A DNA stretch of 63,983 nucleotides, the filler included, from Porpidia crustulata (lineage: Eukaryota): NCBI GenBank assembly GCA_964255105.1. It is 3 parts of 3 records of this genome, joined end to end, with 100 filler letters (N's around TTAATTAATTAA, not from the genome) between each part and the next. Parts side by side here need not be neighbours in the genome. Positions count along the whole stretch, not along the records: positions 1 to 23,178 come from CAXUWE010000077.1; 2 more parts are not named here. One strand, given 5' to 3'. A program made the position numbers and the translations under genes. Below, piece by piece: positions 1 to 10,824 of the stretch (the stretch's first letter is position 1; every line of letters begins with the position of its first letter). The notes under the pieces were generated by a model. The model did no database searches. It was not told the DNA's origin and was given only the letters and a program-made list of their open reading frames with translations.

Positions 1-288
1 GTATTGGGGCGGGTAGCGTTTGAGGATTTCGGCGATGAGTTTTTCGTTGATGGCATTGAAGGCGAAGGGGATCGAGGGATTATTCTGCGGGCTGTCACGG
101 TGCTGTTTGGAGGGGTATCAGTGAAGCTGATAGGTGGGTTATTTTTTGGATTGGGGGTGACGGACGACTTGGAGGGCTTCGGATGAGAGGCGGGCGGTTG
201 TTGCTAGGTGGCGGCATTGGGAGAGGAGATAGGTTCGAGGAGGGTGGGCGACGCATCGTGAAAGACGGGGGAGGAGTTTGGAGGCCAT
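1..288 (-). CDS. nuo-24: NADH:ubiquinone oxidoreductase 24 kDa subunit (NDUFV2/NUO-24), 5' part; continues beyond the window
   Basis: Exon 1 (288-166) is [41 protein letters not shown], resembling a mitochondrial presequence. After a GT-AG intron (165-103), exon 2 reads [34 protein letters not shown], the characteristic N-terminus of the fungal 24 kDa subunit. Confidence 0.9.
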
Positions 289-424
289 TGTGTGGCTGTT
301 GCTGGAATTGGAAAATAATGGCGAACGTTCTGAGATCAGAAGCAGCTGTTCGTGCCCGCCTATCCTTTGAGCTGATGCTGGAGCACACCTGCTGTTCCGT
401 TGAGGGGTGAGAACGAGTACTCAT

Positions 425-524
425 ACACGCCCCTAGTTCGGTCAAGCCCCTAGTTCGGTCATTCTAACCTGGAATCGATCACGTGACCCTAACCCTCGGT
501 ACGGTGACCGAACTAGGGGTGTGT
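425..524. repeat. Small inverted-repeat element (MITE-like)
   Basis: acacgcccctagttcggtca (425-444, core repeated at 446-461) is inverted relative to tgaccgaactaggggtgtgt (505-524). Confidence 0.6.
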
Positions 525-1285
525 TTAAGTATGGAGTTTGGAAATCTCCGCCACACGTGACTTAAGCGCTAGCAGAGTTTCCAGACCTCCTCCTTCTAAC
601 CCCGTAGACAGCCTTCTAGCAACAACATCAATGCCATCGATTCCATATTTGGTATGCCAACAGGAAGATTTTGGAGAGGTGGACACATCAAGGGAGGGAA
701 AAGGGGTTGGCTCAGTAATCACCGATATGCCTCATGGTGCGGCGTCTTGATCCCATGTAAAACAGCATGATGGTCAGGTTAATAGATACTCATTTCGTAA
801 TGATTGAGCCTGGGGATGGAAGGAGGAGCCGTTTCGCCCCCATGCTTCAACTACAACACATATATGCCACTTCTACGAAGCACTTTTCCGTTAAATCCTT
901 CCAATTGGGCTCTGCAATGTCTTACTGTTTCTTCATCCCACCGCTCCAAGACCATACCGTTACAGTAGCCCAGACGCTAACAAAGAGGTACAATTCCAGT
1001 TATTTACTCGTTGGTATTGGTGAAGCCGGTTTTGGCGTTGCGGCCTGATGGAAGAATTAATCAGAGAGCTGGACTAGCTGCATTGAAGCATCGCCCTTCG
1101 AGTCTTCGAAAAAACAAACAAAACTCCCCCCCCCGTCCCTCTTTTCTCTATTTAGAATATAAGTCTGAATTGATTACCAAGCTCTATTGTGCCTTTCCGG
1201 CTTGTGAAAGCCCCAACTATCTGGTGAACATGAACAATCTTAACAGACTTTCTAGTCTGATCACATGGCCGTTTCAAGTTACCTA

Positions 1286-2788
1286 CTACTTCGCTCCCTT
1301 CTGCCTCAGCATCTGCTTCATCCCCTCCGTCTTCGCCATATTCAACACCGTCATCTTCGAATCCGACACCGCATTGACATCAGCACGATAGGAAAGCAGT
1401 AACTGCACAATATTCGTATGCCCGTTACCAACCGCCCAATGCAGAGCCGTCCATTGATACCGTGTCCGCATTGACGCATTCGCTCCTTGCTCCAGCATCC
1501 GCTTCACCTCATCATACCGTCCTCCAGCCGCGGCCCCGTAGAGCGGGAACTCTCCTTTTGCATCGAGGAGGTTGAGGTTTTTATATACAGGAGCGGCATG
1601 GTGAATAGGGTTCGCTGCTTTAGTTGATGAAGTTGTACTCCTGTAGATTTCCTCAAGTCGTCGGGAGAGGCCCGAGCGCTCCGTTTCGGATTCACGGAGG
1701 CGGTCGTTCAGAAATCGCTTCTCGGTATCGAGGCGGCGCTGGAGATCATCTAGTTGGGTTTTGGAAGTGGATTTAGTTTGTTGGAGGTCGATTTTGAGTT
1801 GTCTGATCTGCTGTTCGGCTTGCTCGAGTTTTCGGCTTAGGTCTTGCTTCTCCTGTGCTTTTAGGACTGTTTCTCGATCTTGTTTAGCAACAGCAACTTT
1901 CGTTGTTTGAAGTTCGGTTTTGAGGCTGGCTAACTCTTGGCTTTGTTTAGCAAAAGAATGTTTTGTTGTCTGAAGCTCGGTTCTCAAGTTTGTCAGCTCT
2001 TGATTTTGTTTAGGGAAGGTATCCTTTATTGTCTGAAGCTCGATCTTCACGTTTGCCAGCTCGTTGTCTTTATCTTTGATGATGCTGTGCAGCCGGTCTG
2101 TGGCCATTTTTGGACGGGTTATTGCCTGGTTTTCATCAAAACCGGTCAAATTTCCAATCTTTCCAACGAGTTCTTTAGTAATATTGAGATAGATGCTTTC
2201 ATCACTGTCTGAATCTTGAATCCGGCGAACATTGACTGTCGGCAACAAGGCGGCGAAGGCGGCCTTCAGTTCGGCTTCCCTGCGGATTCCTTCATCAAGC
2301 GTCCGAAGTCGGTCCCACAGAGTGGTCACAACAACAACGTTGCCGCGAGATTCCGATGCTAGCAGCGTCTGAAAGGTGGCCGATCTCTGTGCTGCATCTT
2401 TCTTTTCATTTGTCTCCCGAATGTCCTGGAGATATATCAAACCATGAACAGTACGTTTCGGCTGTCCCGGTTCACGTGCTATGGCATTGTTGACGGCATC
2501 TACCAGTTCAGTGTCTGAGCTCAGAGATGCCGGGATATCTACCAGCCACACTGCTCTGTCGTTGATGACGGTCTCAAATACGTTGGCTGTAGACTGGACG
2601 CATCGGTCGCTGCACTCTGCTTCAGGGGTAACGCCGGTAACTTCTTCGATAAAGAGATTACGTTCTGGTCCAAAGAGACCCAGCAGAGCGATAATTATAG
2701 GGTTCTTCATTACAAACGGAGTGTCCGGAGACCTGGATTAATCCATCAGCGCCCATCAAGAAAATTGCATTGTATCAGGGGCTTACAT
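1286..2788 (-). CDS. Degenerate P-loop G-domain, coiled-coil and ankyrin-repeat protein
   Basis: 474-aa ORF. The N-terminal region follows the fungal G-domain pattern (IIALLG..., VWLVDIP, GLIYLQDI, NVVVVTTLWD). It is followed by 21-aa coiled-coil repeats and ankyrin repeats (GEFPLYGAAAGG, WTALHWAVGNGHTNIVQLLL). The likely start codon is split AT|G by intron 2786-2733. Confidence 0.75.
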
Positions 2789-4383
2789 TTTTGCTACTTA
2801 GCAGAAAGTGCGATATAAAGTCGTAGCAGCAAGAATGTGTAGATTCGTTCAGAGGGCAAGATTATACTAAGGCTGAGATACGTTTATTGAGCTCGATGGC
2901 AGGAAAATCCAGCTGAGAAATTACAAAACGTCGTTCATGCGAGGTGCCAAGTAACAGTGAGTGGTATCGAGTCTCCCTCACGTGCGTCTCCTGACTCGGA
3001 CTTTGCAACTGCTTGGAAAGTGCGAAGGGTGGTGGGGTTCGGTGTTTGTTCAACTCACAGAAATAGGAAATACTAAACGACATACAACCATCTATCACAC
3101 GTCAGCGCCCCGCAGACGGAGTGTTATCAACTCTGTCAATACGCAAATGCGCGACAGGGGGGATTCGAACCCTGAACCTCTCCCCACAGACGACTTGAAC
3201 TGAACATGGGTATTGACGCTCTTAGAAATAGGAAAACCAACAACACCGTTGTACTAGCGTCATTAGGAAGCGAACCTATTGTGAGTAAATACTAAACGAT
3301 ACACTCATTGCCCAACCTGAGCTAATGTAAGAGCTGACTCAAAGTCTAGATCTATTCTGTCGGACGATATTCTGTTGAACCCCTCATCTTTTCGCGGAAC
3401 AGACGGCCGAAATAATCCACTCTGAGGTATCATTCGCTGAATCGTGATGATCTCTCGAGGAGAAAGTCCTGTAAAAGCGCTAAAACCGCTATGTAGGGGT
3501 CGATAAAGATGGTATTCAGTGGGTATTGAAAGTTATTGCGAAGTACTTCTGCTATCTCAATCACCCTGAAGGGTCAGAGGTAACCGTAAACCAAGCGTTT
3601 CGGGTTTGGTAGAAATATCACGGGAAGGAACTGGCCTATTTGCGGTGCTCTTGGTGATACTGTTTAGAGATGATACCTTGAGGAGGCATCCATACTAAGT
3701 AAGCCGCTTTTACGCCTTCAGAACGGGGGGTTCCGGTAGCTGGTGAGGAAAAGAATCCTATTGCTCCGTCAAACCTCTTGTTGAGGCGTCGTTGATTTGT
3801 TTAGTTGAGTGGCTTCTTTCTCGATGTAGCTTCAGGTCTTGATCAGTTGCAGCACGCTAGCACATTCAAATTTTGCAGCCAATGTTAGAACTGTCCACAT
3901 TATCGGTAACATGGCTCAAGAAATTAGTTCAAACTAGAGTAGGAAAGTTCTCCGGTAAAACCTCGGCCTACGTGAGAAAGGCATAGTAGTTTCGATGTAG
4001 GTATCCTACTTGCCTTCGGTACGTGATCAAGTATACACATTCTCTTTTCCATATTCAGATGGCCTTTTTTTCTGTGGTGTCTCTGCATGTACGTGGCATG
4101 TACTAGTAGATAATACATCTTTGCTTGTTTGTTTAGTGGAGCAGCTCAGCACAGGCTTAGCATATGCTCAAACTCATACTCCACAGACACTCAGCAAATG
4201 CTGAAGGTCAGGCTACATTGAAAACAGTTTTCCACATAGGCTCGGTGCTGACCGTGCAGGTTGAACTAAAGCCTATGTAGGCTGAGCCCGAACCCGGTGA
4301 ACGGGGAGACGCCCGTGGCAGTAGAGACGCCAGGGAGATAGCGCCCGTCTAACAGGTGGTAGCAAGAAAAGGAGGGTGGTGAG

Positions 4384-4696
4384 GTAGTCTGACATGCAGC
4401 AGTGACCATGCACTACCAATCAGACCAATATGACCCACTCAAACGGAGATCCTAATTGAAGTTGTCCATGGCTTCATAATCTATGCAATGGTAAACGCTG
4501 CACGCTAAGACCTCCTGAGACTGAGCACAGTAGAGCAGAAATCAGGCAGTGGATGATGAGATAGTCTGACATGCAGTGACCGTGCACTACAAACCAAACC
4601 AATAATCCACCCATGGCTCCATAAAGTAGTCTATGTAATGATAACGGCATGCCCGTCTACAAAAACACTGCACGCCAAGACCTCGTGACACTCAGC
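4384..4696. repeat. Degenerate direct duplication (about 177-bp period)
   Basis: tagtctgacatgcag...gtgacc(a/g)tgcactac...ccatggct(t/c)cataa...ctgcacgc(t/c)aagacctc occurs at about 4385-4528 and again at about 4562-4696. Confidence 0.7.
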
Positions 4697-5155
4697 CTTT
4701 CCCGGCACTAGCACCTGTGATGCGCAAATTTTCAGCTAGCCTCGTTTAGCCGCCATTTATTTTCCGCTCGGAATAACAGCCGTTACACCATGAACCTTGA
4801 AAGTTCCTGACGAGGCTGCAAACAATTCGTGGAGGTGTACACCTTTGAATGCGCCCTCGCTACAGGAAACGTTATCCTTGGTTTGTGAGCTACAACGTGG
4901 TCGGTTCACCAATCCTCAACTCGCTGAAGACGTTGCAGGAAAGAGTGCTGTCTTAGCTTATCGGGTTGCAAGGAAAATCAAGCCATCGTGAAGTTCAGTA
5001 CGGGGGAGTGAGGTGTGTGTCACCAAAGTGTGTGTTTTGACCCTGGGCACTTTGACTACCTCCTTTCTCTGCAGGTCTAATTCGCCTTCAACCCCTCCCT
5101 GCCAACATTGCAACAGACTATTCAAGCGAGACAGCTTGGACCACGGATTCCACAC

Positions 5156-5821
5156 CTAGACGTACGTCACTGTGAATTTCCCCGCCGTCTCTGATACAAT
5201 CGCCGTCTTCCGCGCATCCTTGAATTCCACTTTGGCGAATTGACTGGATTCCTTGGGCGGCTCCAAAACCTCCCCACGCTCGATTTGGGTGGTGGTGACA
5301 AAGATAGTTCGCTTGGGTTTGAAAACATAGTCGACGGCGGCCTTGAGATCAACGACAGCAATCGGGGTAAGCTGGCCACCGACCTGCTCGCGTGCCACAC
5401 CGACGACGTAGTCATTTGGCTCTCCAAATCCAGAATCGGTGCCGAGCGAAAACGTGCCTGTGCCTGCACTGGTACCGTCCTCATTGATTCCGAAGTTCGT
5501 ATCCAGCAAGAACTGAGACCCTCTCGCTTGCTTCAGACCGATAGTGGCCGGTAAGCTATTGACGACGGAAATTGCATCACCAGGTTTGACTTCTGAACTA
5601 AATTGAGAGGAGCGGCCCACGAAAGCGTGGAATGTGGGAGTACATCTGAACGTGTCTCTGCCACCGCGAGGGATTGCGAGGCTCTTGTACCAGACGACAG
5701 GATACGTTGTCTGCAGGCCACTCGTGCCGGAGATTTCTGGCTGTTCCGCGTAGACGTTGTAGAATTTTGCGGGGCCACCTGCCGTATTTTTATTTTCAAT
5801 AATGATGGTGTTGTTGGACAT
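5156..5821 (-). CDS. Small intronless beta-rich hypothetical protein (221 aa), possibly RhiA-like
   Basis: Uninterrupted ORF MSNNTIIIENKN...GKFTVTYV with a beta-strand pattern. It is visibly homologous to the N-terminal domain of the divergent neighbouring gene. Confidence 0.7.
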   Translation of the reverse strand: MSNNTIIIENKNTAGGPAKFYNVYAEQPEISGTSGLQTTYPVVWYKSLAIPRGGRDTFRCTPTFHAFVGRSSQFSSEVKPGDAISVVNSLPATIGLKQARGSQFLLDTNFGINEDGTSAGTGTFSLGTDSGFGEPNDYVVGVAREQVGGQLTPIAVVDLKAAVDYVFKPKRTIFVTTTQIERGEVLEPPKESSQFAKVEFKDARKTAIVSETAGKFTVTYV

Positions 5822-6274
5822 CTTGAGAATACTACTGGATGGAGTATGTATCAAAAGTAGGCGAGGTAATGAGAAAGATCCAACTAAGAAGATTTTTGGC
5901 TTACAGGAGTGGCGGCGTGACTTGTCGAAAGATTCAGGCGAGAGACTGGGGGGTGCACCATTTTATATGCCGGCTGAGGATGTGGCATCGAGGGCCAAAT
6001 TCATACGATGTGATGGGATCGAGCCTTGTCCATGCTGATTCGCGTCTTCTCAAAGAGTAAGAAAGCTCATCAAGGCCGAAAGAGCGACGACAGATCTGGA
6101 AGGTGGGGCTAGGATTCTCTTCGTTGCTGACTGTCAAAATCGTGATTGAATTTCTGATCAAATGCTCATCAGCATTGTGATCTTGCCTCTGAAAGAAAGC
6201 CATCTATTCAAAAGACCGTCCTTTCCTTGCAACACGTACCATCTGTGCAAAGAATTTAGATTTCACTCTCCAGC

Positions 6275-8512
6275 ATGGTGAGTTCACAAGGGCAACTGCG
6301 TACTTGCACCGTTACTGTGCAAAATTTCTATCCAAGCATTGATCCTCGAGGCTATTGTGTTTGCGCCAGCACACCTACAATCCGTGGGGGGCCCAAAATT
6401 TACGTACCGGTGTGTTATAAGACCAGTAAACTGAACGTCGACGGTAGAAGGACATTCAGATACGACGATGAATACTACGCCTTCATCGGCGTCCGCCATT
6501 CAAATCCCAAAGTGCACATTGAATTGATCCAGAAGACTAAAACACCAGTCAAATTAGGCTCCGGCAAAAATGACGGTCAGATCGTTACTGCCCACTTCCA
6601 GGATTCCGCACCAAAATTTTCATCCGACCAGAGCGTCGACTCCCCCAAAAACACATTCACAATTACGTGTGACGTTGAATGTCCTGAACTGCCGGCGGGT
6701 CAGCACTATGTGGTTGGTGTCGCTCAGAAGTTCGATCTTGATGTCGTCGCCATCGCAGCGGTCGATTATAAAGACGGAGAAGAATTCCAGATAGCCCCTG
6801 CTGAGTACAAAAACATTCGAGTTTCTACGGGTGAGGAGGTCGGCGATATCCCGCAGACCAGGAACGCACCGTTTGATATACACATCCCCAAAAACAAAAC
6901 CAGCATCTCGATTTACGAGATTTTTCTGGGCAGATTTCAGGACCACGACCCTCGGGTGAACGATGGCGAGTCAGCATCCCAGCAAGCTCGGGCTCGGGTA
7001 CGGCCTGAGGTACGGCCTGATGAACGCCAGCCCACGCAGCAGGGTATGCCGCGCAATGCCAGTGAACGTGAGGAGAAGGTCCGTCAGCAGACACAGTCCG
7101 AAGCTCTTCCCTACAAGGCGAAAGAGTTAGGCTTCACTTCGAAGAACCAGGTAGGTCCAACCTCTACAATGGCACTTGCGTCCCATGAAAGCCAAGAATA
7201 GACACTGACATACGCTTCCCTACAGTACACGGCATATAGAGGATTTGTGAAATTCAACAATGACCATCTATCAAAATTCTACACGGATCGAGTGCTGCAA
7301 GAGATGGCCAAACAAGTTGACACGTGGATTGACGCTTTAAGCGATGTTGAAGAAGCAGGAAGTGATACCGTCGACATGCTCTGTCTTCTGAGTTTGTATG
7401 ACTGTGTGCTATTGCTTGGTAAGCAATTTCCGCCCTTTCATTTAGGCCAAAAGCTATTCTGGCACAACAGCGTGTGAGTGCTGAATTGAGGGCTCTTGCT
7501 TAGACAATAGCAATTCCATGCGCATCTTCGAAAACGGAAACCGTGTTAAGCAGATGTCTTCCATCTGCCGTACGATCGTCCAGGTAGAATCAGTCCTGAG
7601 TAACACCAAGAATGTGAAGTTGGAATTTCTCGGTGAGAAGGTCAAGGGTGTAGAGATCAAGAGTCTTGAGCAGGTTGAAAGCCAGCTGGCAAATATGGAG
7701 ACTGTTGTATCCACGCTTTTGGGGACTGCACTGAGGAACAAAATCCTTGATGATCTTGTCTACAAAGTCGCTTCCGCAGAAAAGCCTCGACCACTTTTAG
7801 TTAGCATCATCACAGATGGGCGGGTGAGTGAATAATCTTAGGCATTCCTTCCTCTTTGCAGCATAGATCAAAGGCGGCTCGCTAATAATCAATGCATATG
7901 TCAGCCAGAAGGTGAAAGAAGGGTGGAACTCGAAAAGCAAATGATAGCTTGCAAAAAGGAGCTCACCCGCCGCAGGGGACTCGGCGATAAACGTAAGCAC
8001 TGCTCTAAGGCCACGAGACACGACGGTAGTACCTAATATCTCCGAGTCCACTAGACGTAGTGTTTCAGATATCACAAGTAGGCAATAGCGAGTTAGCTAA
8101 GAAATATCTAAACGATCTCGCCGATAAAGAGGAGCTCAAAGACATCCTTCACTGCACGACATGTGAGTGAAATGGATACATTTGAACTACAAGAAACCAA
8201 GATTGACTAATTTTCCACCAATTGAACCAGATCTGGATGTGAATACTGCCTGCGATGACCTGGAAGATAATCTGGGCGAATACGTCGCGGTACGTTTGTT
8301 CCTTCATCGTTCCGAGACAACGCTAGGTCTTTCACCATGGCCGACGCTAATATTAAATATGTGCAGCCTATCAATAAGCTCGCTGGAGCAATTTTTGCAA
8401 AAGTGAGTTGTGCTTTGCGTCACGAGAGACCGCTTAAGGATTTTCTGCTGACGGCGAATGACAGTTCAATCGGAAGACGGATTGGGAAATGGCTGATTCA
8501 GGGAGCAGCTAG
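6275..8512 (+). CDS. Beta-rich domain fused to a C-terminal von Willebrand factor A (VWA) domain; multi-exon
   Basis: Exon 1 spans 6275-7150. Spliced downstream exons give YDCVLLL-D-NSNSM (MIDAS DxSxS), LGTALRNKIL, RPLLVSIITDG-R-PEGE and VFQISQVGN, typical of fungal VWA proteins. The 3' end is uncertain. Confidence 0.7.
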
Positions 8513-9749
8513 CTAATCCCTCCACCTGCATACAGATGATAGACAGTGCAATCGCCGCCTCGCTGTTCTTTACGTTCTTTCGGGCCTGCGTCAAGAAAGA
8601 TGCTATCTTCTTCTTCCTGCCCCAAGTCGTTTGGGACGGCATTTGAGGCTTAGAATTGAGTCTTTAGGTGCTTGAGCTTTGCTAAGACCAGAACTTATCG
8701 AACAGAAATGGGCTCGTCCTTCTTGCGTGGCTTCTTGCGTGGCTTCTGGATCTTTTTCCGTTTTCTTCACGGCTTTTTCGTGCCGTGTAAGTGATGGGAA
8801 GGGTATACAACGAGAAAAAGCAAACTTGACATTTCTTAGCAAGTCACGTGCAAATTGAATAGCCGGATATGACGGTCAAAACTAATGCATTTTTGGCTGC
8901 AACCTCTCCGTCAAACCGTTGCTGGTATTGGGGCGGCAGTATTCCGCTTTGCGCATGGAAGGGAAGGTTGGCTGGCACAGCCAGCTGCAGTCACAATGCA
9001 CAAGCCTCAGCTTTCTTTGCGAAAGATCTTTTCTCTGGATTTCTAGGCCTCTGAATCACTTCAAGCACGCTTTTTTCCAAGCATCTGTATCAAGATTGAA
9101 GAGACTTTCAATAATCTGTCGGTATAAAAGTATGAGATATAGTAGGAAGCGTTACAGATTTTTCAAGTAAGAATGTATGCATTTACACCTTGTGCACTCG
9201 TAAAGACTTCAATACAAGACGCTTTCCACAACCTTCATCGAGATCCAGTTTTTTACCCCATTTCGCTCGGCCCACCATGTTTTAAAACCCCGTAAACCCC
9301 GTGTAAATCAAAATTCCCGCTTTTAGATATCTTTTACGAAAATACGTCGTAAGCAGCAAGCAAAAACTCTCTCCTCTTTTTTTCAAATCTCGGCGTGAGA
9401 GAAAAGAGAGTTTGCTCGGAGCCGATTTGAAAATTTTCCCCTGAAAACCGGGAAACCACCGTGCATCACGTCGCCCATTCATTCTAGAAAAGGCGTGGAA
9501 CCAACTTTGGGGGGTTATCACGAAGACGACCGCCGCTGATGAGAGAACTTGACTTGGGTGCTCTCGCTCGTGTATGTGTGGATTCGTGGGGAATTTTTTT
9601 TTCCGGCCTCGGGGATGGGGGGCTGAGACGGTAAGAGTAGAACATGTCACGTGATGTAAAATCACGTGATATAAATCAGTCACTCAACGTATAGAGAGAA
9701 CTCAAGACCTCAATCACAGCAATTAACTAGGTTCCATACCTACATTTCA

Positions 9750-10409
9750 ACACAATCCAACTATCAACGCCTCATCGATGCCTTTAATGTGGCTGCTGAG
9801 GAATGCTCACGCTTACCGAACATACCGGGAATCAACGATAGTCGAACCCTTGTTGATCTGATCGGTCAGATGCGTGACGAAATGCGTGTATCGATTACCC
9901 AGATACGTAACGAAATAGGTGTATCAATTACCCAGATGCGTGACGAAATGCGTACATTAAGTACACAGACGACGGAGCGATTCGATCTTCTTCAGACTGA
10001 AATGACTATTCTTCGGTCTGATGTCACTGCGATTCATACTCGATTAGATGCTAGGTAAAGATGTCTGTATTTCTGTACTTTCTTTCGCTTTATGAACTCA
10101 TCTTCCATATAGCGAAATCAATGGGACTGCTAGGCTTTGAAATTCTACGGTTCACAATGCACAAACGCCTTTCCAGCCTCTTCAAGATCGTCATAATATG
10201 CCTGTGCCGAGTTTTCCACTTAATGGGCAGGCACTATCAAATCTCAATCGTGAGGAATATGACTCTCTATTTCAGGTCTAGTTTAATATGATGTATGTGC
10301 CGGACTTATGGCCGTTCTCCGAACATATCATCTCTCCATTGATGGCAGCGTTGATGACAAAAGAGAGCGGTTGGCGCAGTATATTGGTGTTGTGGTGCAG
10401 GTTTTCTGA
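9750..10409 (+). pseudogene. Mug135-like protein with 11-aa coiled-coil repeats, disrupted
   Basis: 33-bp repeats at about 9868-9955 encode QMRDEMRVSIT. The spliced continuation reads EINGTARL*NS with TGA at 10138-10140, and the C-terminus is TYHLSIDGSVDDKRERLAQYIGV. No clear ATG. Confidence 0.5.
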
Positions 10410-10824
10410 GGGCAAGAATGAAGTTGTGAGATTGGGGAGTCTGGATTATGCTGTTAAAATACCAGAAAATGGATTCTTGGTATGGGAAAACGCCTCTGCC
10501 GGCGATTGAATAACCCATTATGGCTGGCTTGTTGGAAACAGCCGTTTCTTGTAGATATGAGTCTTCTTATTTTCTCGAGGTTCAGGGCCAATACCTTCCC
10601 CAACACCCATCTTATAACATCATAGCCCACATACACGCTTCTGTTCGTATTCTGGAGCTCCTTCTGAGATTTTAAAGCTGTGTAGCATTGGTTTTCATCG
10701 CATTAATTCCATCGGCGCAGTCTATGATATACATCATCCTCAAAGAGACCCTCGAATCCAGTGGGGAGCTCGGGGGAATACCATGTCAAATGCCTCTTGA
10801 ATTAAGCAATACATACGTCGCATC

